A stretch of DNA of 64,000 nt, from the IMG/VR virus record IMGVR_UViG_3300020578_000017, positions 52,450-116,449 of that record. One strand, 5' to 3'. The DNA is from a virus. Positions within the stretch are counted from its first letter, which is position 1, and each line of letters starts with the position of its first letter. The translations under genes and the position numbers were made by a program. Under the pieces are notes generated by a model. It saw nothing but the letters and a program-made list of their open reading frames with translations. It did not search any database and was not told the DNA's origin. Positions 9,647 to 19,209 of this stretch are shown piece by piece.

Positions 9647-10690
9647 TTACGCCAGTTTTGGTAAGTCTAGGTTTAAAAGCGAACCAGCTAGTGACTCATA
9701 CCGTAGTCGGTGGTTGTCGTTCAAGTCCTGGGCTGATCTAGTGATAGTATTAGTAACCTGCCAGAAATTAGAAATATTAGGGTCTAATGCCTGGCCCTCA
9801 ACTGACTCAACAAAGTTTTTGTTAAGCCCTCTGCGGTTTTTAAGAGATGTAAAAAGATCTCTAACTTGATCATTTGATACCTTATGGTCAAGAGATAGAC
9901 GAATTCTTGCCATCATCTCAATCAAATCTTCTTGCATTCTATCTACACAGTTAGTTAGTATAGCAGATAAATCATCAGCCATTATATCTCTAAACTTAGA
10001 AGAAAAGTAAGAAGAGTTACCATACGTTACAATAGCTCCATTGCTACAGATTTTACGAAATAGTAACGCATCAAGCGTAAGTGCTCCCATACACAGTTCT
10101 GAAGACCTAAGATGGAAACCTAAACTACACTCTAGGCCGTCGCCTGGATCAAATGTATGATTTGTGAAAAATCTAGCATGAAAGTCCTCATCTTCCATAC
10201 CTGCACCAGAAGCAAAATCTAAGTTGATATTACCAGAGCCAAAGGATGCCGTAACAATATCAACAAGGTCTTTATTGTCTACAGGTACAATATCTTCGTC
10301 AATAATGGCCCTTACGTGCTTTGGTCCGTCTGTTGTCTCATAATAACGAATAATTTTATTGCTTGATAGTTTTGACTTCTTTGAACCTGAATCATCACCA
10401 GATAAAGCCCTATCAATCCAGAAATTCATAATACCGTCATTTAAGAAGTTTGGATTTTTAACGACAAATGCATGTGGTACTTTAATCATTCTACAAAGCT
10501 GCTTCAACGCAGTTTTTGTTTGAAGTACAAAATCTTCTTGCGTATTCCTATCATGCATGATATGTAATCCCGTCTCAGGGTCATGGCGATAGTCCATACT
10601 ACTCAAATCAATATATTGATTTTTTGTAACGTTTTTTGTGGCCCTTACTTCAGCGTCAAGGACTTCTAATTCACTAATACGATCTGACAC
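9647..10690 (-). CDS. DUF932-like phage protein
   Basis: VRAI..VDN, LRSSE and FRKICSNGAI motifs plus a helical C-terminus (WQVTNTITRSAQ); AGGAGG Shine-Dalgarno. Confidence 0.55.
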   Translation of the reverse strand: MSDRISELEVLDAEVRATKNVTKNQYIDLSSMDYRHDPETGLHIMHDRNTQEDFVLQTKTALKQLCRMIKVPHAFVVKNPNFLNDGIMNFWIDRALSGDDSGSKKSKLSSNKIIRYYETTDGPKHVRAIIDEDIVPVDNKDLVDIVTASFGSGNINLDFASGAGMEDEDFHARFFTNHTFDPGDGLECSLGFHLRSSELCMGALTLDALLFRKICSNGAIVTYGNSSYFSSKFRDIMADDLSAILTNCVDRMQEDLIEMMARIRLSLDHKVSNDQVRDLFTSLKNRRGLNKNFVESVEGQALDPNISNFWQVTNTITRSAQDLNDNHRLRYESLAGSLLNLDLPKLA

Positions 10691-10708
10691 GACGCCCTCC
10701 TGTATCGA

Positions 10709-11386
10709 TTATAGAGACAGCTTCTGGATCATATTTCTCGGATCAGACACCCACCACTCATTCAAATCCTTGTAGGGGTACTCCAGAATGCTGGCAGACT
10801 TTCCTACTTTCTGGAATCTGTCTTCCCAATACTCACATCCCTTTCTTCCTGGCTCATCCATATCGAAAGCTAGAATAAACTTGTCTGCATATCTGATAAT
10901 CCTCCTAAATTGTCCTTCAGTGAGTGTCCTTGTCAATGAACAAACCGAGTTTGGTTTTACGTGAGCAATAGAAAGTAAGTCAAATATACCTTCAGTTATG
11001 AAAACAGTCCTACTTTCCCATATATGCGGTAAGGCTTGTTTCCATCCCCAAAAGTTACCTTTAAATGAGGCATACTCTGGTATGAAATGTGAATAGTATT
11101 TAGACGACAATGATCTTGTTGAAAATGAAATAACACTGTTATTGTCATCATGATGTGGAAAGATAAGTCTATTTGTGGTAGGAAACTTACCTGAACAAAA
11201 AGTTTGATTCCACTGACTTGCTTCTATAGAGCTTCCTTGAAGTTGATAAAACTTCTTTATAAATCCTATTGAAAACTTATCTACTAATGAGCTTGTAATG
11301 TTTCTGGATTTTAAATAATCTAAAGCACTAGTTTCTTTCTTAAGTCTTTCATGGGCTTCGGTAGACCAGGCAGTAAGATTCAACAT
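10709..11386 (-). CDS. DnaG-type primase core (Toprim) without Zn-binding domain
   Basis: ALDYLKSRNI..FSIGF, RLIFP, FSTR, VFITEGIFDLLS, AFDMDEPG, KDLNE. Confidence 0.85.
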   Translation of the reverse strand: MLNLTAWSTEAHERLKKETSALDYLKSRNITSSLVDKFSIGFIKKFYQLQGSSIEASQWNQTFCSGKFPTTNRLIFPHHDDNNSVISFSTRSLSSKYYSHFIPEYASFKGNFWGWKQALPHIWESRTVFITEGIFDLLSIAHVKPNSVCSLTRTLTEGQFRRIIRYADKFILAFDMDEPGRKGCEYWEDRFQKVGKSASILEYPYKDLNEWWVSDPRNMIQKLSL

Positions 11387-11403
11387 AGGGTAAATACTTA
11401 TAG

Positions 11404-11438
11404 AAAAAGGGCCTGTTAGGTATTTACCTAACAGGCCC
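11404..11438 (-). terminator. intrinsic terminator
   Basis: 14-bp inverted repeat GGGCCTGTTAGGTA/TACCTAACAGGCCC followed by T5 on the minus strand, just after the 11454 stop. Confidence 0.8.
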
Positions 11439-11453
11439 CAGTCTCTGTGTTTA

Positions 11454-12590
11454 CTAGGGAACGACTACCGTGTCAGTAGCGAATCTGGGTGAACCAGCTA
11501 CCCTTACGTGAATGTAAGCAGTACCGCCGCCAGCAAATGCTGCTAGGTTTAGGCCAGCAACATCAGTATCGGCATTGGCGACCCAGACTAAACCAGGTGT
11601 GCCGTTGTTATCGATCTGGTACTGGTAACCAACAGAACCGATATCAGCTACCGCAGTCCAAGAAGCAGTACCGCCTGCTAGTAAGGTAACAGTGGCAGGT
11701 GCTGGGAATAGGTTAACTGAGACAGGGTCGCTTAGCTCTGAGTAACGACCTGTGCTGCTGATTGCTCTGACCTTAAAAGAGAAAGTACCGTTTGATACCC
11801 TGTCTAAATTTACATCTTCGTTAGAAGCAGTAATGAACGCCGCATCTAGCAAACGGTTTGGAGTTGTGTTGGTCCAGGGATAATCGTAAGGTACGAGAAT
11901 GACACCATAGTCACCGTTCTCGTTGGCTTCCCATAGCTCCCAAGCTACTACTTCATCAGCGGCTGCAGCATTATCCCAGTTGAAAGTGATGCGATACTTG
12001 CCATCCATACCTAACCAGACAGATGAAGCCTCTAGGCCAGTTGGAGCCGCAGGATTGGTGAATGGGGACTCTTCTCTGCCGTAGTAAGGGTCAGAGTTTA
12101 CCATATCATTCATTGGGTCATTGTCACGTACAACAACACCAATTTCATTTAGTACAGGGACTTCATTTGCAACATCAGAATGTACACTGGTATCTACTGG
12201 ATCTAAAGCGCCCTGAGCGGATACTGGCTCCACTAAGGACTCTACGCGAGTGCGGGGGAAAGAGCTCTGCTCTTGTTGAGAGACCTGAAGACCTTCTGCT
12301 ACTTCTGCGGCAGTAAAGCCCTTGCGAAGTGTTACAGACTGATTTTCTACTTCAGAGTTTAAAATTGCTGCGGCGTGCTGACCATCTAGAGTTTCCTCGG
12401 ATGGGGCATAATCGCCTTGAGTATTGTCTGATAAGCCTAGATCATCAGAAATGTCACTGGATACACCATTACGCTCACTAGAGCTTGTAACGGTCCCAGG
12501 CGCTCCGCCAGTTACAGGGAATCTGTATTCTAATGAGGGTGATCCTGCAAAAGGATCAGAATGCTCGGCGTCTTGCGGACCAAGGGGCAT
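11454..12590 (-). CDS. virion structural/decoration protein with Fn3/Ig-like modules
   Basis: acidic disordered N-half; PAAPTGL..FNWD..FKVRAI..YSELS Fn3 signature; last module matches the fibre-gene modules; AGGAGG RBS and own terminator. Confidence 0.6.
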   Translation of the reverse strand: MPLGPQDAEHSDPFAGSPSLEYRFPVTGGAPGTVTSSSERNGVSSDISDDLGLSDNTQGDYAPSEETLDGQHAAAILNSEVENQSVTLRKGFTAAEVAEGLQVSQQEQSSFPRTRVESLVEPVSAQGALDPVDTSVHSDVANEVPVLNEIGVVVRDNDPMNDMVNSDPYYGREESPFTNPAAPTGLEASSVWLGMDGKYRITFNWDNAAAADEVVAWELWEANENGDYGVILVPYDYPWTNTTPNRLLDAAFITASNEDVNLDRVSNGTFSFKVRAISSTGRYSELSDPVSVNLFPAPATVTLLAGGTASWTAVADIGSVGYQYQIDNNGTPGLVWVANADTDVAGLNLAAFAGGGTAYIHVRVAGSPRFATDTVVVP

Positions 12591-12657
12591 AAGAAACCTC
12601 CTAAAAAGGGAAAAATAAATACCAGTAATCTAAAAGAAATACAATAATAAAGATTAA

Positions 12658-13185
12658 CTAATTGCCATCTTCAGGAAATAGTTTCTTCGTAAGCTCTTCT
12701 ACATTTTCTTCATTATCTAAAGATGATTTTCCAAACCTAAAGTTCGCCCACTCTTGGTTAGATATCCAAAACTTTATCTTATCTAAAAATGAAAGTTTAG
12801 GCAGGTTAGCTTCTTCCCCAAGTACCCACCTTAGCATATACATATCTCTAAACTCATGCTGTAGAACTTCAGGATCGGATATTTTTTCCATAAATTCTAC
12901 ATAGATATCTTGCTTGTTGTATCTTGGAGAAAAGTATTGACAAAATCTTGCATCTGCTACTGTTTCGCAGATGTTTCCTTCCCAGGAAGATGGATCTTCC
13001 GAGTTTAGCATACATAGCCCAACATGGTCTACAACTATCATATTATCCTTATTATTCAAATAAGAATGAACATGATTATGTAGACAATTATGAGGTTTTT
13101 TTCCTAGTTTTTTTTGAAATGCTTTTTCAAGATTTCTTCCCAGAAGCTGATGATACTTCTGTTTAACCTCTGACTCGTCTCTCAT
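12658..13185 (-). CDS. hypothetical protein with Cys/His cluster
   Basis: 175 aa; PHNCLHN, GLCML, ICE, FCQYF. Confidence 0.55.
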   Translation of the reverse strand: MRDESEVKQKYHQLLGRNLEKAFQKKLGKKPHNCLHNHVHSYLNNKDNMIVVDHVGLCMLNSEDPSSWEGNICETVADARFCQYFSPRYNKQDIYVEFMEKISDPEVLQHEFRDMYMLRWVLGEEANLPKLSFLDKIKFWISNQEWANFRFGKSSLDNEENVEELTKKLFPEDGN

Positions 13186-13189
13186 GTAT

Positions 13190-13801
13190 TTAAACTTGCT
13201 TTATTACTAACTGGTTATGCGCCTTGTGGCACTTATATCTAATATGTGCATTTTCTGCAAACTGCTCTTGGTGAGTGACAAGTAGAAAATCACAACGCAT
13301 TCTCTCTGCCATTACCCTTAAAAATTCAGAGCATGGCTTTTGAAACTCTTCTGAAACGCCTGCAAAAATCTCATCACCAACAATCAACGGATAAAGCCCT
13401 AAGTTTGTAACAACAATGAGCCTTAAAATAAAACTGATAACACAAAGCATTCCGCCTCCAAAGCTATCGTCTAAAGAAGCCTCTACTCCGTCTACACTAA
13501 GCATAGGCTCATAGTGCAGTTGATCTCTTTTTACTGACTTCTTAAAGAAGAACTTTATATCTTCATAGACATGTCCAAAAATGCTCTTAAGTCCAAAAGT
13601 GACTAAACCCTCTATCTGATCTACATTGTCATGAGACATTTTGTCCAAAAGAACTTTTAGAACTTCATGGGTTTCAAGTAGCAGGGACTGTTCTTCAACT
13701 AAGCTAGTAATCTCATTCTCTAGCTCTTTTTTCCTGGACTTTAATTCGTCAAGTTTTCCAGACTGACGATCTATTTGTCTTTTAAGGGTTTCAAAATCCA
13801 A
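13190..13801 (-). CDS. SbcC/Rad50 C-terminal half
   Basis: N-terminal coiled coil, signature-like SFGGG, Walker B LIVGDEIF, H-loop LLVTHQ; no Walker A. Confidence 0.8.
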   Translation of the reverse strand: MDFETLKRQIDRQSGKLDELKSRKKELENEITSLVEEQSLLLETHEVLKVLLDKMSHDNVDQIEGLVTFGLKSIFGHVYEDIKFFFKKSVKRDQLHYEPMLSVDGVEASLDDSFGGGMLCVISFILRLIVVTNLGLYPLIVGDEIFAGVSEEFQKPCSEFLRVMAERMRCDFLLVTHQEQFAENAHIRYKCHKAHNQLVIKQV

Positions 13802-13805
13802 CTTA

Positions 13806-14087
13806 CTAAACCTCTTTTAGGCGATCTTGAATCTCTTGCAATGCGCTTGATAGAGAAGCAGTGTCTTTTTCAAAATTTGCAACTTCTTTCTCTAGCTCTT
13901 CTGTCTTTTCTTTGATAATGTCATCTAGTTTTTCAGGATCAAGGCCTAATGAGTTAAGTTGCTTAATCAAGTCTTCCCTTTGCTTGGTTAAGTTTGCCCT
14001 TCTTTCCTCAAGGCGTACTTTGTCTTCCTTTGCAGTATCAAGAGCTTTCTTGGTCTGCAGTACCCTGGCTTCTAAATCTAGTTCCAT
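13806..14087 (-). CDS. small coiled-coil protein
   Basis: heptad pattern; start moved to ATG 14087, which follows AGGAGG (14095-14100); the longer ORF would overlap def. Confidence 0.65.
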   Translation of the reverse strand: MELDLEARVLQTKKALDTAKEDKVRLEERRANLTKQREDLIKQLNSLGLDPEKLDDIIKEKTEELEKEVANFEKDTASLSSALQEIQDRLKEV

Positions 14088-14128
14088 GAACATTCCTCCT
14101 ATATTCATATAGAGACTGAGGGAAACAT

Positions 14129-14581
14129 ATGTTGAAACTTGTTCATCACACCGATGAGATATTACGTCAAGTCGCAAATCCGGTCAAAAAAATCACTCGA
14201 CAGGTAAGGTCTGACGTTTCTGAGATGTTTGACATTATGTATAAGTCTAAAGGTATAGGACTTTCTGCACCGCAAGTCGGTATATCTTTGCAAATTATAA
14301 CGATAGATACCGAAAATGACCCTTTTGTGCTGATAAATCCTAAGATTTTAAAGAAATCTCAGAAAACTATCACTAACATAGAGGCTTGTCTATCATTTCC
14401 TGATAGTTTTTATCAAGTTGAGAGAAGTAGCAGTATAGTAGTTGAGGCAAAAGACATTAATTTTAGAAAAATATCTTTCACTGCTACTGGAATTACGGCT
14501 ATTTGCATTCAACACGAGTATGATCACCTACTTGGTATCACATTTGATACCATAGGAACTCTAGTGCCTCTAAAAATCTAA
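14129..14581 (+). CDS. def: peptide deformylase
   Basis: motifs GIGLSAPQVG, EACLS and QHEYDHLLG. Confidence 0.95.
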   Translation: MLKLVHHTDEILRQVANPVKKITRQVRSDVSEMFDIMYKSKGIGLSAPQVGISLQIITIDTENDPFVLINPKILKKSQKTITNIEACLSFPDSFYQVERSSSIVVEAKDINFRKISFTATGITAICIQHEYDHLLGITFDTIGTLVPLKI

Positions 14582-15418
14582 GTTAATTACCGAAGAATCG
14601 CCAAATTTGTCATGAATTTCCTTATTTTTGGCGTATTTTTTGTCGTTTTCCCAAAACTTCTTGGAATCGCACTCGTTTTTGTAAGCACAGAACCTGCAAC
14701 TTGCAAAACTTGGTGTAGCATTGAACTTTTTCTCTCTTATGGAGTCAAAAGTTGCTTTTAGATCCACCATGAACTTAGATAATACAGTGGGATCTACTTC
14801 ATATATATCAATATCACCATATCTTATATACTGGTAACCCACTCTTATCGGTACTTTTTCACCAAAAAAGGATCTAGCCATAAGAAAGTAAAAGTATAGC
14901 TGCCTAGAGTCCAGGTACTTGTCTCTTGTTTTTGATGTTTTTCCATCGATAATGAATAGAGTACCGTCTCTTAAGGTAATCAAGTCTATTCTTCCTGTAA
15001 TCTTTTTACCTTCTTCTATTTGTACTTTTCCTGGATTGACTTCTGCCTTCAATCCTGTGTTTAAAAAACCATCATCCTTTAGAGTTTTGAAGCATTTAGG
15101 TAAGCAATGAGCTGCTAACCCAAGAAGCTCTTGATACTCCTCGTCATGGTCCCAGATTATAAAGCTTTTTTCTACAATAGATGATCCAACGGTGTGGGCA
15201 TTATCTAGAATCCACTGCAACCAAGATTCTTCAGGCTGTAGGTGTATTTTATTTTTTACCCAAATCTCAAATAAATCAGCACATAATGTGCCAAAAAAAG
15301 CATTCTTTTTATTCTCAAGTTCCTTAGGCTGAACCCTGTCAATATATCTTAACTTATAACGTTCAGGGCATTCCTGATAATCCTTGAATCCGTGGAAAGA
15401 TAATACAATATCAGACAA
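14570..15418 (-). CDS. Cas4/RecB(AddB)-like PD-(D/E)XK exonuclease
   Basis: N-terminal YQECPERY, GRIDLI, IIDGKTS, QLYFY, C-terminal CRFCAYKNEC (Fe-S staple). Confidence 0.85.
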   Translation of the reverse strand: MSDIVLSFHGFKDYQECPERYKLRYIDRVQPKELENKKNAFFGTLCADLFEIWVKNKIHLQPEESWLQWILDNAHTVGSSIVEKSFIIWDHDEEYQELLGLAAHCLPKCFKTLKDDGFLNTGLKAEVNPGKVQIEEGKKITGRIDLITLRDGTLFIIDGKTSKTRDKYLDSRQLYFYFLMARSFFGEKVPIRVGYQYIRYGDIDIYEVDPTVLSKFMVDLKATFDSIREKKFNATPSFASCRFCAYKNECDSKKFWENDKKYAKNKEIHDKFGDSSVINLDF

Positions 15419-15420
15419 TT

Positions 15421-16389
15421 TTATAAACCTGAGTTCGTAAGATACTCAACTACGCGATCTCTTACTTTTCTAGATATTTCCATGTTGTCTAAAGTTGATG
15501 AGACCAGATCAGCACTTGCTGTTCTAGCCAAGTTTGTCTGTACTAGCTTATCGCAGAACTCTTTGAAAGAGTTCTGTACTTCCACTTGGTCTTCGTGCTT
15601 TCTAACATTGAATACTTTGCTTCCGTGGTTGATCTTAAGTGGAATACGACGCTGCCTGAACCTGACATCATTCTCAAACTTTTCTACGGTAAGCAGGGTA
15701 ACAACAACATCCCTATCAATATTATCAGTAGTTAAGGATCCTCTCATAAGGGAACCAGGTTGGTCAAATACCTTGCCTCCATACTCAAAGAACTTCTGAG
15801 GAGAATGATCATGTCCAACTAAAGTGTAATCAACTTCTGAGTCTGCCATGTCAATAAAAGACCACCGCTTCTCACCAAAGAAATCAGAACCTGATGCATC
15901 GCAAAACTCATGAACTACGGCAAGTAGAAAGTCTGAATCATTCTTCTTTATGTTTTTATAATCATCTAAAGTCTTACCATAGGCAACTCCAGCTACTTTG
16001 ACATTTAAGTCTTCTAACGTAAAGTCAATGTGGCTAGCGTCTATGTCCTCACAAGTGCCTGTTTGAAATAGAACACCTAATGGCTGTTGGGGAAGACTAT
16101 CCAATCGACCATGATATAAATCATGATTTCCTGCTACTGTTAAAAACCTAAAGCCTTCAAACTCTTTGATGATCCTGGAAACTAACCTGTGGCTAGTTTT
16201 GCTTGGAGTAGGATGATGAAAAACGTCACCAGTTGATATAAATGCTGACGCATCATGCTCCAACATGAGATTTTTAATCTGCCTTATTTTATCAAACATA
16301 GCAGCTTCGTAATCATCAATTCTTGACGAAGGAGCATTGTCTGCAAAGTGTATATCACCACACATGATAAAAGATATTTTAGCTGACAT
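15421..16389 (-). CDS. sbcD: SbcD/Mre11-like metallophosphoesterase nuclease
   Basis: GDIH, TGDVFH, AGNHD, VVHE, VGHDH, PGSLMR. Confidence 0.9.
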   Translation of the reverse strand: MSAKISFIMCGDIHFADNAPSSRIDDYEAAMFDKIRQIKNLMLEHDASAFISTGDVFHHPTPSKTSHRLVSRIIKEFEGFRFLTVAGNHDLYHGRLDSLPQQPLGVLFQTGTCEDIDASHIDFTLEDLNVKVAGVAYGKTLDDYKNIKKNDSDFLLAVVHEFCDASGSDFFGEKRWSFIDMADSEVDYTLVGHDHSPQKFFEYGGKVFDQPGSLMRGSLTTDNIDRDVVVTLLTVEKFENDVRFRQRRIPLKINHGSKVFNVRKHEDQVEVQNSFKEFCDKLVQTNLARTASADLVSSTLDNMEISRKVRDRVVEYLTNSGL

Positions 16390-17563
16390 AATCTTTTTCC
16401 ATTACTCGATTACACAAAGGGCATTCTTCCATAGAGCCCATAAGATCATGTAGGTGATTATCTGCTTCCGATATGGAATATTCTGCAGATGAAATAGCTG
16501 AAGAAACTTCAGCTATTTGTTTGTCTAACTGCTTAATTTTTTCAAATGCTTTCTTCAATCCTTCAATCTTCTTTATTTCAGATTCTTTAACTTCTAGAGG
16601 AATATCAACTTCTGTAAGTTTATACAAAATCAGAATATTCTTTGATGCCTCTTTGTATGTTTTATTTATATCGCTAAGTTTTTTAATAAGCAAGAAGGCT
16701 TTTTCGTTAGGATATTCTGGAATAGATAAAGAAGAAATACTAGATAAGTTGTATATAGCTTCATCAACTTCCAAGAGGCTATCTCTGGTAGCTTTTAATG
16801 CTGCAAGGTTCTTTACTTCTTGTACCTCAACAGAGGTAGGAACTCTTACTTTTTTTAAGGTACTAAGAGAGGAAAGATTATTATCTATACTCGCTATTCT
16901 TGATTGTGCTTCTACCAGCAACCCAAGCTTATCCTGCTCTTCTTTGATGTATTGCTGAACTGCATCTAGAGACTCAGACATCAAAGAAACTTTTTCAAAG
17001 CCTTGGTACTTTACTAGTTTATTGTCTAATGACGCAAGATCATCATACCTGGTCTTAAGTAATGATTTCTTACCCTTAAGATCAGAGCTGCATTCCTTAC
17101 CTGCTTTAGTAATAACATCAAGCCTACCTAAGACAGAAAACACTTCTGATATTAGACTACCTTGTTCTCTAATTAAAAAGAGAATGTCAAACTGGTCCGT
17201 GCCCATTTGTGGACGTAGTTTTGAACGGGAAAGCTCGACCTCCTTAAAGCCCATATCTAGTATGGGCTGAGGAACTTCTGTACCGACCTTGTCAAACAGT
17301 AAGCTGCTTACCTGATAGTGATTTTTACCTGAACCTTTTGTCCAGATGATCTCGTGGTCATCTGTGGTAATAGTAACTTCAGAAAACTTCTCACCATTTC
17401 TTACAAATCCATCGCCTGTCCTATTGAATAAGGCACCTTCTATTGCTCTGCAGATTGCAGACTTACCAGAGTTGCTAGGACCCGTAAGTACTGTATACTT
17501 ATCGATCTCAAACTCTACGTTTTTGATAGATTGAAAGTTCTCAATTTTAATCTTGATGGACAA
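16379..17563 (-). CDS. SbcC/Rad50 N-terminal half
   Basis: IKIENFQS, Walker A GPSNSGKS, Q-loop region, coiled coil, and Zn-hook CPLC ten residues before the stop. Confidence 0.85.
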   Translation of the reverse strand: MSIKIKIENFQSIKNVEFEIDKYTVLTGPSNSGKSAICRAIEGALFNRTGDGFVRNGEKFSEVTITTDDHEIIWTKGSGKNHYQVSSLLFDKVGTEVPQPILDMGFKEVELSRSKLRPQMGTDQFDILFLIREQGSLISEVFSVLGRLDVITKAGKECSSDLKGKKSLLKTRYDDLASLDNKLVKYQGFEKVSLMSESLDAVQQYIKEEQDKLGLLVEAQSRIASIDNNLSSLSTLKKVRVPTSVEVQEVKNLAALKATRDSLLEVDEAIYNLSSISSLSIPEYPNEKAFLLIKKLSDINKTYKEASKNILILYKLTEVDIPLEVKESEIKKIEGLKKAFEKIKQLDKQIAEVSSAISSAEYSISEADNHLHDLMGSMEECPLCNRVMEKDYVS

Positions 17564-17566
17564 ATA

Positions 17567-18028
17567 CTAATCCTCTTGATTTTTGTTCTTAGAAAGATCG
17601 ACTTGTTGATAAATGTGCTTGCCTTCTAAACCTACGGTAAGATCAGGATACGAGCTAATAGGTAAATTATGTCGCTCCCGTACTGCGTTATTGAACTCGC
17701 TATTATCTATGTCTAAGATTGCTTGTTCGTGCTGAGCGCGTTCTAACTGCCTCTGTAGATTTGAGATCCGCTGAGTAAGGTCCTGCTGTCTTACTAGTAG
17801 CTGATTGTGCCATTCTTGTTCTTCATCAGAAAGAGTGGCGACACATACGTTTTCAATCCTTGGCTTTTTAATGCCATCCCAAAGCCAACTATAACTATTT
17901 CTTGAATCGTTCATTGACCCCTTAAACAACTTACCTGGGTCAATGAACCACTTGCCGATGTAAAAGTTATTGAAATAACTGTCATCATTATTCTTGTTTG
18001 GATCGTTATTGAAAATATCATCAAACAT
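17567..18028 (-). CDS. hypothetical coiled-coil protein
   Basis: 153 aa tightly packed between recA and the SbcC N-half. Confidence 0.55.
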   Translation of the reverse strand: MFDDIFNNDPNKNNDDSYFNNFYIGKWFIDPGKLFKGSMNDSRNSYSWLWDGIKKPRIENVCVATLSDEEQEWHNQLLVRQQDLTQRISNLQRQLERAQHEQAILDIDNSEFNNAVRERHNLPISSYPDLTVGLEGKHIYQQVDLSKNKNQED

Positions 18029-18030
18029 GA

Positions 18031-19131
18031 TTAATCTACCTCAGTTAGTACTAAATCTTCTGGATTTATATCTTGATCTTCCGCTTCCTCAGCAGTTGGA
18101 GCTGATTTACCTGTTATGACATCCCACCTTAGGTTAGATACAATATCTTCATAGAGTGTCTGCATCTCAGGCTTAGCAAGGTTACGGGCAGCAGCATCTA
18201 CACCAACACCAATTTTGGTTCCCTGGTAAGAAAAAGTTGTTCCAGATTTTTGTACTACACCAGTTGAAGAACCACCTTCAATGACGGACAAGTAGTTGTC
18301 GAATCCCATACCGAATCGAACATAAAGTTCGCCAGACTTGAACGGTGAAGCAACTTTGTTTTTTGTGCACTTGACTTTGATCTTATTATAAATCTCCATC
18401 TGCTCATTCTTGCCCGTAATGTCATTATAAGCAGTTCCCTTGCCTGTACTAATACGGGTGAAGCTTAATGCAAGGCTCTTGTAGTATTTCAGGGCCTTGC
18501 CGCCCTTAGATTCCTCTTGAGGTCCCATCATTGAACCAAAACCAGATGAAATCTTAGTCTGAAGTTGGTTTACTACCAACATTGTAATGTTATGCTCGTT
18601 AAGAAGCTTAGTTGCCTTAAGCAAGAACTTGTTGATACCGCGAGCTTGAGCACCGATAGTGAGACTTTGATCGGCTGTCTTCTCAAATAACTCCCTGGGG
18701 TTCATCGCAGCCACTGAATCAATGATAATCAAGTCAGCAGCTTGATTAGGAAGAAGGACTTCATTGACGATATGATCGCCCTCTTCAAGATCGTTAGGCT
18801 GAAAAACTAGAAATGTATCATTTTTGGTATCAATACCCAATGATTTAACGTAATCAGGATCAAGAGAATGCTCATAATCTAAGTAAGCTACTGTTAGTCC
18901 CTGTTTTTGTGCATTTTTAGCAACAGACAAAGCTAAAGTTGTCTTACCTACAGATTCATTACCTACAATCTCAGTAATTCTTCCTTTTGGTATTCCGCCA
19001 ATTCCGGTAACCTTATCTACAATAAGTGAACCTGTAGAAATTACTTCAATAGGCTTTGGATCACCAAAGTCACTCCTGAAAATTCCCTTGAACTCTTTCT
19101 GTAGCAAATTTAACGCTTTTTGTTTAGACAC
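18031..19131 (-). CDS. recA: RecA recombinase
   Basis: ISTGS, GGIPKGRITEIVGNESVGKTT, DYEHSLD, IIDSVAAM, NQL, GGKALKYY, KNKVASPF. Confidence 0.95.
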   Translation of the reverse strand: MSKQKALNLLQKEFKGIFRSDFGDPKPIEVISTGSLIVDKVTGIGGIPKGRITEIVGNESVGKTTLALSVAKNAQKQGLTVAYLDYEHSLDPDYVKSLGIDTKNDTFLVFQPNDLEEGDHIVNEVLLPNQAADLIIIDSVAAMNPRELFEKTADQSLTIGAQARGINKFLLKATKLLNEHNITMLVVNQLQTKISSGFGSMMGPQEESKGGKALKYYKSLALSFTRISTGKGTAYNDITGKNEQMEIYNKIKVKCTKNKVASPFKSGELYVRFGMGFDNYLSVIEGGSSTGVVQKSGTTFSYQGTKIGVGVDAAARNLAKPEMQTLYEDIVSNLRWDVITGKSAPTAEEAEDQDINPEDLVLTEVD

Positions 19132-19209
19132 AGATTGCCTCGCTATTCAAGAAAAATCCCCTTCTACGGGATTATAGGAGGGGTCAGTAAAATGATCTTG
19201 AAAACCTGG

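Noticed and set aside
12613-12627. 15-bp match TACTGGTATTTATTT with ~56756-56770 as a shared promoter
   Set aside because: One AT-rich 15-mer match across both strands of 64 kb can arise by chance, and no third copy was seen.
14570-15418. CRISPR-Cas locus suggested by the Cas4-like gene
   Set aside because: No cas1/cas2, effector genes or array; stand-alone Cas4-like nucleases are common in phage recombination modules.
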